Assembly: GCA_964016885.1 (NCBI GenBank) | Contig: OZ024740.1 | Span: forward strand, 439,580,001-439,644,000 | Origin: Eledone cirrhosa | Taxonomy: Eukaryota | Direction of reading: 5' to 3' | Length of the DNA stretch: 64,000 nt | In this document: in pieces, positions 10,880 to 22,977 of the stretch | Layout of the letters: each line of letters opens with the position of its first letter | How positions within the stretch are numbered: position 1 is the stretch's first letter | The notes under the pieces: model-generated | The model's database searches: none | What the model was told of the DNA's origin: nothing | What the model saw: only the letters and a program-made list of their open reading frames with translations | Made by a program: the position numbers and the translations under genes

Positions 10880-13800
10880 CAGCTGCATTTATCTTGCTTT
10901 ATGTTCATACGAGTTATCACCAAGTCACAACCATTGACCTCAAGAGACTACAAGGTCCGCCATGTTCAAGAAAGAACATACATACTCACACATGCATCTT
11001 TAGTGTTTAGACTTGTGATGTACTTATATTGACAGAATCTTCCTTAGTATATGGGCAGTTCCCATTAGTACTATCTTTTGTATTTCTCCTATACGCGGGT
11101 TTCCTGGGATTTGCGATAAGTAATCATTAGACCCCTTAGGTATCATTCCCAGAGCGCCTACAACCACTGGTATTGTTTTAGTTCTCAATTTCCACATTTT
11201 TCCAATTTCTATCTCCAGGCCCTTATACTTGCTCAATTTTTCAAATGTTTTTATAGATACATTCTTGTCTATTGGATCGGACATATCAATTAGCAGGCAT
11301 ACCCTCTTTTTAAAGTCCTTCAATATTATATCAGGTCTATTTGCATCTATTTTTCGGTCTGTTTGGATGCTAAAGTTCCACAAGATTGAGATGTGATCTT
11401 TTTCAAGTATGGGAGGTGGTTTATGCTCCCACCAATTCTTTTGATGGGGCATGTCAAAATGCTTCCACATTATCCAATGTATGTATTGTGCAGCTCTGTC
11501 ATGCCTGTTTAGGTATTCGGTTGGAGCTATAGGACTGCACATTGAAATTATATGGTCAATGGTCTCTGGTTGTTTTTTGCATACACGGCATAATGGGCTG
11601 CATCCATTTTTTATTATGTTGGCTTGGTAATTTTTTGTTGGCAGACACTGTTCTTGTGCTAATATAATCAGTCCTTCAGTCTCCGATTTCAGTCCAGAGG
11701 ATGCCAACCACTGATGGGTTAAAGTTTTGTCAACATCAGCATTGTTAGCTCGTTCTGGATATTTTCCATACAGAGGCTTTTCTTGCCATTTCTTAGCCAG
11801 TTTCTGTAGCAGTTCTTTCTTTGCAGTTACTTTTACCTGCTTTGCTTTTTCTGTGTTTTCGATTTCAGCAGTAAATTGGACTTCTGAAATTTGTAGTCCA
11901 TTACTGTATCTTTGTGCATCTTTTGTAATGGAATATGATCTTTTGATGCTTTCGTGTTTCAAAACGAGTTTGATCATCCAATCATGTGATTCCCTTAGAT
12001 ATGTAGATAATCCAATTGTTGCAGTTTTCAACGCAATGTCTAACTGGATTAACCCACGTCCTCCTTCTTTCCTAGGGAGATATACTTTATCTGTATCTGC
12101 CTTAGGGTGATGCATTCTGTGCATGGTTAACAATTTTCTAATTTTTGTATCGAGCCTACGGATCTCTGTGCTTGACCAGTTGAGGACATTGTAACTGTAG
12201 GTTACTACTGGTATGGCAAGCGTGTTTATGGCATCGATCCTATTCCTTGCATTCAATTCCGTTCTTAAGATTGCTCTTACTCTGAAGTAACATTCCTTCC
12301 TTATCCTTTCCCTCATTGTCGAGTGCTTGATTCCGTCTCCTTCACAAACACCTAGATATTTGTAAGTTTTTTCTTGATCAAGTTCTCTTATCAGGTTCCC
12401 CCGATCAAGATTAATGTCTGAACACTTCAGCAGCTTTCCTCTGGTGAACGTTGCTTTGGCGCATTTATCTAGTCCCAACTCCATTTTAATGTCATCACTG
12501 AACTGCTCCACAGTGGATAATAGCCCTTGCAATTGTTCATCATTTTTTGCAAATAGTTTCAGGTCATCCATGTAGAACAAGTGATTAATGGTTTTGTCAT
12601 AGACTTTATATCCATGTTTGCATCATTGAAAATTTTACTTAATGGATAAGTGCGATGCAGAATAAAAGCGGTGATAAAGAGTCACCCTGAAAAATTCCAC
12701 AATTAATATTAACTTCTCCAGCTTCCAGTGATTTTGTTTCACTATTCAAAAGGAGTGTCGTTTTCCATGTCTTCATACTGAATAACAAAAACCTCCTGAC
12801 AACGGGGGATATTTTGAAAATCTCTAAACATTTTTCAATCCAACTGTGTGGCAAACTATCGAATGCTTTTTTATAATCTATCCAAGCAATTGGTAGACTT
12901 TTGTGTCTATTATGACAATCTCCCAGTATCATTTTGTTAACCAAAAGCTGATCCTTACAGCCATATGAGCCTCGTTTACACCCTTTCTGCTCAATGGGAA
13001 ATAGGTCATTTGTTATCAGGTGGTCATATGTATATTCAGTTAGGACTGATGTTAACATTTTATACATTGTGGTCAAGCAAGTTATCGGTCTGTAATTTTT
13101 GGGATTGTTTGTCTCATCATTCTTCGGAAGCAGGAATGTAATGCCGTTAACTAGCCATGATGGTATCTTTTCTGGCTCCTTAACTATTTCATTGTAAAGT
13201 TGGGCTAACAGCTCATGAAACTCTGTGAAGGCATTTATCCAAACATTTTGTATTTTGTCTTTTCATGGGGATTTCCATTTACTGGTTTTTCTTAGAGCCA
13301 AACGCAATGTTCAACTGTTATATTTTCTCATATTTGTTCCTCAAGGTGAGCTGTATCTTTCATTTGTCTGTCTATCCATGGGGCATGTATATTATGAACT
13401 TTTTCTTCGGCCCAGATATTTTCTTAGAAATCTTGCACTTCCTCCTTGGGTGGTATTGATTTAGCAGTTATTGTTGACTTACCAATTTTTCTGTAGAAGT
13501 TTCTTTTGGTTTGTTTTGAACATATTATTGTCCTTATAGAATCTAGATCGTTTTTCAAAGCGCCTTATACGAGCAGCGTCGGCCGACACTTTTTGCTTGA
13601 TTATTTCTATCAGCATGCCTATGTCACTTGTTGGTTTTATACTGTATTTTCTTTTCAATTTTCTAAAGTTAGTTTGTTTAACATGTTCACTTACTTTATA
13701 GTTTTTTAAAATTTCTATGTCAGATCGGAGAAGGTTTATTTGGCGATTGATGTTCTCTTGCCAAGTAGATTTCTTCTGGGAATTCCTTTGTTTTTTCATC

Positions 13801-14913
13801 TTCACTCCACATAAGTGAGTGGTGACCTTAGCCGATGCATAATAGAGATGATTTAAATCAGTAATGTATAGTTTGTTTGTGATGATAATGTTTTTCATAA
13901 TTATGTTAGTCTTGTGTATTATCTTTTGGTTCTGTTTGGAGTTCTGGATCGTAGGGAGGGTGTCTCGTTCCCCCATGTCAGATTCTTTCATTTTCATCCA
14001 TTCGATCATAATTTCATCCTTCAAGTTCGCAAGTTCATTCTCATTCATTTCTTTATCATTTACGATCCCATTGTTTTCATTTGGAGTTTCATCTTGAGCA
14101 TGCACTCCCTCCACTTTTTCGATCCTTTCTTTAATTTGTTCTGTTGTCAGTGATTCCGCCCCAACCCTGGGATTCGAAGTGTTACAATTTACCTCGTTTT
14201 CACTGACACATGTTTCATTTTCCCTTCGCTGACTTTGTGCTAATACCTTGATCTGATCAATTTCTATATCAGTTAGAAACTTTTTTTTACAATATTTCTT
14301 CGTATATTGGCTAGTTTGTTACTGTCAATATTGCCTCTGTTTTCGTGATGTTTCTTTTTCCAGTTGATATATGTCTGTTCTGTATTCGATGTATTTGATG
14401 GGAAGTACATGGCAGTGTAGAAAGCCTCAAGGACTTCTTCATTATCTTCCCTTGACCATTTTTCTCTCTTTTTCTTTGGATTTCGTGGTGGTGAGCATGG
14501 AGGGCCAACAGTAGGAGTATTCCGGTTATGGGAGATCTCCAGCTCCGAAGTGATGCGAAGGTTTGAACCATTAGCTGATTTTTCGACCCCAGTCTGGTTC
14601 CTCTCTGAGAGACGCGGCCCTATTTTACCCGGGTGACGGCCGATCCTGTATGAGATTTTATCATTAGACATTTACTTTATTTTGTCGCGTTTTATCCTTA
14701 TCCGCCAAGGGGTAATCATTTCGTGTTACCACTTCTAGAACGAGTGTCAACCAAGACTAGAGGGGTCGTTCTCCCCTAGAGACACGGCTATTCCCCGCCG
14801 GCCGCCATCCCGGTATTTCTTGGTCACGGGGTTTTCTTTTTTTGTTGTGTTTTTAAATTGTTATTATCATGAGTGGTTCCTTAATGTGAGCATTGCGCGG
14901 CTTAAGAATGAAA
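10880..14913 (-). mobile_element. R4/Dong-like LINE, family Dong-2, near full length
   Basis: Single disrupted ORF from ATG 14671 to stop 11024; structured 5' leader; (TAA)n tail. Confidence 0.9.
11024..14671 (-). pseudogene. RT-RLE polyprotein, disrupted
   Basis: Fragments 14273-14671, 13479-14114, 12639-13076 ([10 protein letters not shown]) and 11024-12580 (YMDD, CRVC..H..C, RHD, NRPDI..IDMS). Confidence 0.88.
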
Positions 14914-14937
14914 TTATTAATAACTGTCTCCACTCCA

Positions 14938-14970
14938 GGCACAAGGCCAGCAATTACCCAGTGCATTACA
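14938..14970 (-). mobile_element. SINE 3' tail fragment
   Basis: GGCACAAGGCCAGCAATTACCCAGTGCATTAC is the reverse complement of the SINE tail at 50138-50169. Confidence 0.7.
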
Positions 14971-15106
14971 ATAATATAATATAATTTTTGCTGAAGTTGC
15001 CTGTTATTGTTGTTGGATATGTCGGTGGTGGTGCTAGGGCTTTTTATATTGTTGGTGGGGAAGGGGGGAGCCAGCAGTGCCATAGCTGTTGACGTTTGGC
15101 CGGTGG

Positions 15107-15140
15107 CCGGGTCACTAAGTCAACCTATTTATATCTTTTG
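15107..15140 (-). promoter_or_regulatory. Candidate TATA-box motif in a leader module upstream of Dong ORFs
   Basis: Minus-strand TATAAATAG..TGA(C/T)TT..TGACCCGG, also seen at about 36868-36901 and 43632-43664. Confidence 0.4.
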
Positions 15141-15477
15141 CTAGCCTCTCCCTTGTCTAGTGTTACCGCCACCTTCCCCTTTCTTAAGTAAACGAAGGTA
15201 ATGGGGAATATAGGTGGTAGCAATGAAGGAGTGGTGGCGGCGGTGATGGGATAGTGGTAGCAATGATGGATGGAGTGGTGGCTGCGGTGGAGTTGTCGTT
15301 ACTGAATTTTGTTGAATAGACTGTAGTTTTGTTTGATCTGTAGTATCTATGCGTTTGTGTCGCGTATGTTTAATATATGTGTTGACATATTTTTGGAATA
15401 ATATTGGAATTAAACATTTTGTTAAAACTTGAGACAATAATAATACTAATTATTATTATGATGCTGGGATTGGTCTG

Positions 15478-18400
15478 GACATCAAAAGGACAGAGAGAGA
15501 GGACTGGTCTGGAATGGATTTGGAGATTCTTCTCCAAATGAAACCGGAGGATATGAATAACATCCCGGATTTTGCCCGCTTGCAGGACGGGAAAACAATC
15601 CAGCTAATCATTGACAGAAGAAGGCCACGCTGCTTCGTCTGCGGGGAAGCAACGCATCTTCAAGCCTTCTGCCCTCAGCGCAAAAATGCAGGGGGTCGCA
15701 AACCTCCTTTGTTGCCAACGCCAGTGTCAGCACGGAAAGCTGCACCACCACCACCACCAAAATCAACATCAACAAAAGCACGGACACCAACATCAAAAGC
15801 AGCCAGATCACCACCAACACCAAAACCAATCCAAGGAGAAAACGAGGAAAGCTCTCCCACTCCCCCTACCCCCCCCCCCCCCCCAATTATACACAAAGAC
15901 AAAACAATAAACGCACACACAGACACAGAGACACTCACAGACACAGACCCTTTGTCTTCCAGCAGCGAAGATGAAGGAAAACCCAAAAGTGCAAAAAAAC
16001 AGAGAAAACTCACACAAAAAAGCCCCAACAAAACACAAAAAATACAGACACCACTAACGCAAACACTTCCCCAATAACATCATCACCAACAGCAACATCG
16101 ACACCACCTCCACAATCCCTGAAACGCAAACACCTAAACAAACACAAGTACAAATAAACACACAAATACCTGAAACTGCAGACACCACACCTACAACAAA
16201 CACAGACATACCCGAAACAACACCAACAAAACCATCACCACCACAGTCACCAAAACGAAAATAAATAAAACCACACCAACAAAATGTTAAAAACTTCGTG
16301 CTTGTCAGAAGGGCCAACGATAAACTGATGGCTCCCTTAGCACGAAGCGAGGACATTCAAACAGAGGGGGAGATTTTTTAAATGAGCACATTTTGCGTGC
16401 CAGATGATTTGCTTCTGGTCCGAATGTCACTCAATTCCTTCAAAGAAATTCGAGAGAGCTTTCCTCAAGACGTGGGAACCCCGAATGTGAAACCCACATC
16501 AAGACATTTAAAGGGGTTCCCAAAAGAAACCACACCAACCATGGAGGTCGAACCACCAGACCTTCACAAGACCCGGGAGGTAAGTAAACCTTCCCTCTCT
16601 CTCTCTCTTAGCTTACCAATATGGCCATATTAAGGGTAGGAAGTTTAAATGTTCGCGGCCTGGGATCACCCTGGAAGCAGGGTCGCCTGCTCAACGACCT
16701 CCGGTCGCTGGAAATAGATGTAATTGCCGTAAGCGAGACCAGAATTTCCGACACGCGCGCACTAGCCCTCATTTTCGACGACTATCAGATCTTCGCATCT
16801 GTTAGCAGGCCGGGAATGGGGTGTGGGGTGGCATTGCTGTTTAGGAAAGGACTGGATCTCGAGGTAAGGTCGATCTTCCGGGACCCGGACGGTAAGTTGG
16901 TGGTCTTCGATGTGAGCAGTAGCGAAGGAGGTGCCTTTAGACTGCTGGCTGTCTACGCCCCTACAGGGGGAGGACAACCTGACTTCTTTGGGCGCCTGGA
17001 GACCTTTCTGGGTACGTCTCGCCCTTTACTGTTAGCGGGGGACTGGAATGGCATCTTAGACGCACGCTGGGATTGTGTGGGAGTAGCCGATAGGAGCGGG
17101 GGATGCAAAAGCCTCAAGCACCTACTCAGCCAGTTCCAGCTGTCTGACAGGTATCGACTAGATTTCCCCAATGCGCCAGTGTGGACGTGGACTAACCACA
17201 TAGGGTCATCTAGATCGTATATAGACAGGATCTTCAGTAGGTAAATAGATAGAAATAGTGTAGGCTGCCCACTTTTTAAAACGGTCGCCTATTCAGATCA
17301 CAAATGTGTGATCTGTACGGTCGACCTAATTAAAACGCGTAGGTTAGGACCGGGTTACTGGAAGCTGAACATGTCAATTCCGGCACGTAAGGCTTACAGG
17401 GACCGAGTCAACAATTTAGTTAAGCAAAAGTTGACAGGGAGGATCATCAACAACAAATGGTGGGTGGCTCTCAAAAGAGAGATTAGAGTAACTTCGATAG
17501 AGTTCAGCAAAGAAGTAGAATTAGAGGAAAATAGAAAGGAGTGGAGCTGAAAGATAAGTTAGATGAGGCTATTTGTAGTGGCATCGCAACTGACGTGCTG
17601 GCGGCGAGAATGGCTTTAGACCATTTCTTCCATGCCAAACACGAAGGTTGCATTGTCAGAGCTAAGGCGCGTGCGCTGAGAAACGAGGGAACTAAAGCTG
17701 TTCGATGGGCCCGCGTGGCGGGGGCGCAGCGTGGTAATAAAACCACAATTCGGTCTTTAGCGGACCGAGACGGACACGAGATAAGCGATTCCAAGAGGAT
17801 GTGTGAGGCTTTTCGCCAGCACTTTGCTCGGTTGTTCAGAGAGAGTGGCGAGTCAGAGAAAGTAGCGGATTTCAGTCCCTACCTTGACGGCTTGCCGTGT
17901 ATCTCGACGGTCGACGCTGAGCACTGCCAAAGGCCGATTACTTCAGCCGAAATTCAGGACGCCCTCAGGCTGCATGAGGCGCAAGTCACCCGGTTTAGAT
18001 GGCCCGCCCTACGTGCTTTACGTAAATATGCCAGACTTGTTCTCCGAACTCCTCGAAGCACTCAACTGGCAGCAGAATAGGAGTATTCCCAGTTCTGTGA
18101 GCAAGGGAGTGGTGATGCTGATAAGGAAAGACGAGAACAAGAGGGATACATTAGACAACTTCAGGCCCATAACTCTGCTCAACACAGAGTTTAAGATTTT
18201 GGCCAAGGTGTTAGCAAAGAGATTGGCGCTTGTCGTAGAGGATTTGATTGGGGAGGCGCAAACTTGCGCAATCCCAGCCAGGTCCATACACGACAATCTC
18301 CACCTCATGCGATACATCATAGAGAGGGTACGGTGTAAACCTGGCTTCGGTGGGGCACTGATAAATTTAGATCAATCGAAAGCATTCGATAGGGTCGACC

Positions 18401-19904
18401 ATCGGTATCTGGAGATTGTCCTCAAAGCAGCTGGCTTCAGCCCTGTCTTTAGAAGCTGGATCGTTGGTCAAGGTTAATGGCCACCTCTCGGAACCATTTC
18501 GGCTCTCCCAATCGGTCCGTCAAGGGTGCCCTCTCTCTTCCCTTCTGTACGTATTGACTCTCGAGCCTTTACTGCGGAATCTGGAGCTGTTGCAGGGCAA
18601 CCCGCTCGAACCGGGACGTGGAAAGGCGGTATCGGCTTATGCGGACGACATCACCGTGATGGTGTCGAACACCTCAGAAATCGAGGTGGTCGGCACCTTA
18701 TTGAAGGAATATGAAAGGTTGACAGGAGCCAAACTTAACCTGGAAAAATCGGTGGGCTTGCAGCTCAGAACCTGGAGAGGCAAGCCCATGCCGTCTAGCA
18801 GCGTCGTGGGGCACTGGACGGACGGGCCGGTAAAGTTGCTCGGGGTTTGGTTCGGACCAGACCTCCAGGTGGAAAAGAATTGGGACGAGGTAACGAGCAG
18901 AGTAGCTAGTCTCACCCTAAAATGGGCTGGGAGGAAGCTATCACTGAAAGGTCGCGCGGAGGTGGCGAATGCGTACATCGCGTCCGTCATCTACTACGGC
19001 CTGACCGTCGTGCCTTGCCCCCGTCCGCGCCTCGTCAAGCTGGAACGGCTCCTCTTCAAATTCTTGTGGAGGGGACAAGTTCCGTTGGTGAGGCGGTCCA
19101 TCTGCTGCCAGCACCCTCTACGCGGAGGGCTGGGCATGCCGTGGCTAATGATGCGCAGACATGCGTTGAGGCTGCGACATCTCCAGATATTCTGCCTCAA
19201 CGGTGAACAGGTGTGGTCGCCGTTTATCAGACGGGCCTTTCCGCAGCTCATTTCTTTGACTGAGCTGCAGTCCTGGGTCAAGAAGAAACCGAGACTGGGT
19301 GACTGGCACCTGGAATGTTGCCAGGCACTCACTACCCGCTACCATAGTGAAGATTGATTCACCGCCTTCCTTAGGTCAGGAAGAGCAGGAAATTTTCCTC
19401 TGTCTAGTGGCAGTTGCGAAAGAAATTATATGGTGGACCAGGTTGAAAGGACTAAAGACAGTCACTTTTCTCTTCGACCAGTCCCTCATCAACTTCTTCA
19501 AGTTTCACCTGGAAAGGAAGGTGAGGGTGGAGAGAGAAGTGCTGCCCCCCAGTACATTTGCTAAAAGGTGGGTGAATGTGGCTAGAATGGCCTGTGTGAA
19601 TGGGCCTACTCTGACCATGCGCCTATAGGCTGGCTAACTTGAGGAGAGGGGTGCTCTCCCTGGGTGCCCTAGAAGCGCAGGGTGGTTCAGGATTGGTGGG
19701 GTACCTGAAGCACCCAGGGTCGTACACCCCCTATCGGGGAATTTATTTTGTTATATTTATGCATCGCTTATTTTATATTTTTATATTTTCATTGTTAAAT
19801 TAGTCTTGCCATTGTGCACTTTTACTCCACCTTATTGTAAACCCCCACTGGCCCTGTCTTTGTATTGTCCCCTACATCTCGGCCCTGGTGGCTAATAAAT
19901 GAAA

Positions 19905-19906
<2 letters not shown>
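15478..19906 (+). mobile_element. L1/Tx1-like LINE family C copy 1, 5' truncated, internal deletion near 19340
   Basis: ORF1 C-terminal half (CFVCGEATHLQAFC), ORF2 16621-19628 disrupted (YADD); homologous to 44219-49841. Confidence 0.9.
16621..19628 (+). pseudogene. ORF2 APE-RT, disrupted
   Basis: Fragments 16621-17244, 17541-18080, 17884-18477, 18416-19357 and 19299-19628. Confidence 0.88.

Positions 19907-19955
<49 letters not shown>
19907..19955. repeat. (ATT)n tract, tail-to-tail junction
   Basis: Pure triplet run. Confidence 0.97.
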
Positions 19956-19956
<1 letters not shown>

Positions 19957-20399
19957 AGTTGCATACACTTGCTTTATTTTCATACGAGTTATCACCAAGT
20001 CACGACCAGTGACCTCAAGAGACAACAAGATCCGCGATGTTCAAGAAAGAACATACATACTCACACATGCATCTTTAGTGTTTAGACTTGTGATGTACTT
20101 ATATTGACAGAATCTTCCTAAGTATATTGGCAGTTCCCATTAGTACTATCTTTTGTATTTCTCCTATACGCGGGTTTCCTGGGATTTGCGATAAGTAATC
20201 ATTAGACCCCTTAGGTATCATTCCCAGAGCGCCTACAACCACTGGTATTGTTTTAGTTCTCAATTTCCATATTTTTCCAATTTCTATCTCCAGGTCCTTC
20301 TACTTGCTCAATTTTTCAAATGTTTTTATAGATACATTCTTGTCTATTGGAACAGACATATCAATTAGCAGGCATACCCTCTTTTTAAAATCCTTCAAT
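19956..20399 (-). mobile_element. Dong-2 3' fragment (5' truncated)
   Basis: Near-identical to 10880-11325. Confidence 0.9.
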
Positions 20400-20469
20400 A
20401 TTATTATTATTATTATTATTATTATTAAAAATAAAGAAAACATTATTATTATTATTATTATTATTATTA

Positions 20470-20710
20470 CAGTTGCATTTATCTTGCTTTATGTTCATAC
20501 GAGTTATCACCAAGTCACAACCAGTGACCTCAAGAGACAACAAGGTCCGCCATGTTCAAGAAAGAACATACATATTCACACATGCATCTTTAGTGTTTAG
20601 ACTTGTGATGTACTTATATTGACAGAATCTTCCTTACTATATGGGCAGTTCCCATTAGTACTATCTTTTGTATTTCTCCTATACGCGGGTTTCCTGGGAT
20701 TTGCGATAAG
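20470..20710 (-). mobile_element. Dong-2 3' fragment (5' truncated)
   Basis: Near-identical to 10880-11120; bounded by (ATT)n at 20442-20469 and 20711-20739. Confidence 0.9.
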
Positions 20711-20945
20711 TTATTATTATTATTATTATTATTATTATTGGCCACCTACGTAGTAAATCGTATCATTGTGAGCTCCGCAAAGGTTTGTTATTTCCGTTTG
20801 TTAAAAATTGTCATTTATGGAAAATGTTATTGTTAACTGTTTATAAGCGCACATACATTATTTTCCGAAAAGGACACCCAAAAAGATTGGGGCCTTGTGC
20901 CCAAAATTTAAACTTTTATTATTATCAAAATTTATTTGAAAAAAA

Positions 20946-22943
20946 ATGGCTAATTCCCCTCTGCACCAAGCAGCTGAAAGCCTTCCTCACAAAATAACAC
21001 CTCACACCGACACCACCATTGTAAATGTTACTACATTTTCCAACACAAAAAAAAATATAAGCAGTAGCAATATTCTAAATTTGTCTCAGGCAGACATTCA
21101 TTTCCCGCCATTACCAATGACTGCAGGTGTTAAAGCCTCCACCACCACCACCACCGCGACAACCACCACCCCCATCGCCACCGCGACAACAGAAACAAAA
21201 GAAGAAAAAAATAAATTAACTCGTGATGTCGAAATGAAATCAAGCAAAATGGACTCTTCCCCACCAAAGACGACTGACGTCACCACAACCACAACTGAAA
21301 CTAAAATTAATATTCACACAAATAACGATAGCAACAACAACAACAATGACATTATAAAACCGACCCTCAGTTTCGCCAGAGTAGCAAAACAGTTCGAAGC
21401 ATTTACGGTAACTCAGGAGGATTTAGAAAATGCCAAACAAATGGTAAAGAAAGATGGGCACAGGGTCAGCCTCACCCCACCCCCCACCCAATAAAATGGA
21501 GCATCGGCGCCTATGCACCGTGTCGTATAGAACAATAAATGTAAAATCGCGCCGAGTGGAACGGGCATCCGAGTCCCAAATCCAAAAAGCTTTGGGACAT
21601 GTGTGGGCAAGAAAAACCTACATCAGACGTGGGAAAAAGTATGGAACCGTGGACGTGTTCTTTGAAACACCAGAGGAGGCTTGAGAACACTCCATGGCCC
21701 CATTAAGAAGTGACGACTTCACACTCGTCCCAAGCTATTGTGGCCAGAGACTCGTAAAGATCAGGGTGACCCACGTTCCACCGGCCATCGAAATTCCCTG
21801 GCTAATAGCGGCCGTCCTCGCCGTCATCGAAGCCAACACGAAAATAATAGCAATAGCAAAAGAAAAGCAGGAGAACTGGTCCGGATCTGGGATGGAGCTC
21901 CTGATCCAAGCGGACCAAAAAAGCATTGAGGAGATCCCAGAGGTAATAGACCTCACTGACGGCAGCCACCTCACGGTAATTGTCGAGGGCAGAAGACCTA
22001 GGTGTGTCGTTTGTGGTGAAGGAACCCACCTAAGGGCTTTCTGCCCTCAGGCTAAAAGGTTGAGGCCACCTCTCCTACCCACCCCAGTGACACAACCATC
22101 AACACCACCAGTAGCAGAGATGGCAGCAACAACTGTAGCAGCAACAACAGAAGCAACTATAACAGCAACAATCCCAGCAACAGTAGCAAAACCAACACTA
22201 CCACCACCACCAGCAAAACCAACACCACCACCACCCAACGCTTCAGAAGTAGCACCAGCGCCTACACCATACACCACGCCACAACCAAAACTAACGCCTG
22301 TGGAGGATTTTCCACTCCCCGGCCTATCACAACTGGAGACAGATTGTGATGACGAGGAGTGGGAAACGATATCCGGAAAAAAAAAAGAAACCAAAAAAGA
22401 AAAAATTCTCTTCCTTCCCCCTCCAAAAACAAAATACAGAGGGAAACGAATAAACTAAGAAACAAAAAAGTTAGGACAGATATGCCACCATCCACACCAG
22501 CATCACCAACCCCATCAACCCAAACACCAACACCATCACCATCATTAACTCTAACACCACCATCACCTACACCACAAAAGTCACCAAAATGCGAAACAGA
22601 AACAAACCCACAACAAACGCAAACAAAACAAAACTACCAAAACGATACACACTACACAGCATTAAATTTGAACAACAAGCAATTATTACTCTACATCCAA
22701 CACAATACCAGCATCACAGAAAAAGACTACACAACAACCCCAAAATTCACACCACCTCCACACATACAAATCACTCGCATCACACAGAAAACGTACATGA
22801 CACTAAAACAAAAGTTCCCCAAAGACATCGGAGACTTCCGACAAGCACTCTCCAGGAGGATTTATAAGGACATCCTTCCTGAGGAGGCCACAAGCAGTGA
22901 AAAGGATGGAAAAACCGTCCTTCCCCTACGAGAAGTAAGGTAA
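20946..22943 (+). pseudogene. ORF1 (CCHC knuckle), with frameshifts and a stop
   Basis: Fragments 20946-21494, 21454-21684, 21694-22458 and 22359-22943. Confidence 0.82.
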
Positions 22944-22977
22944 GTGGTCTTTCCCATCTTTTCCACTTCTTTTCAAC

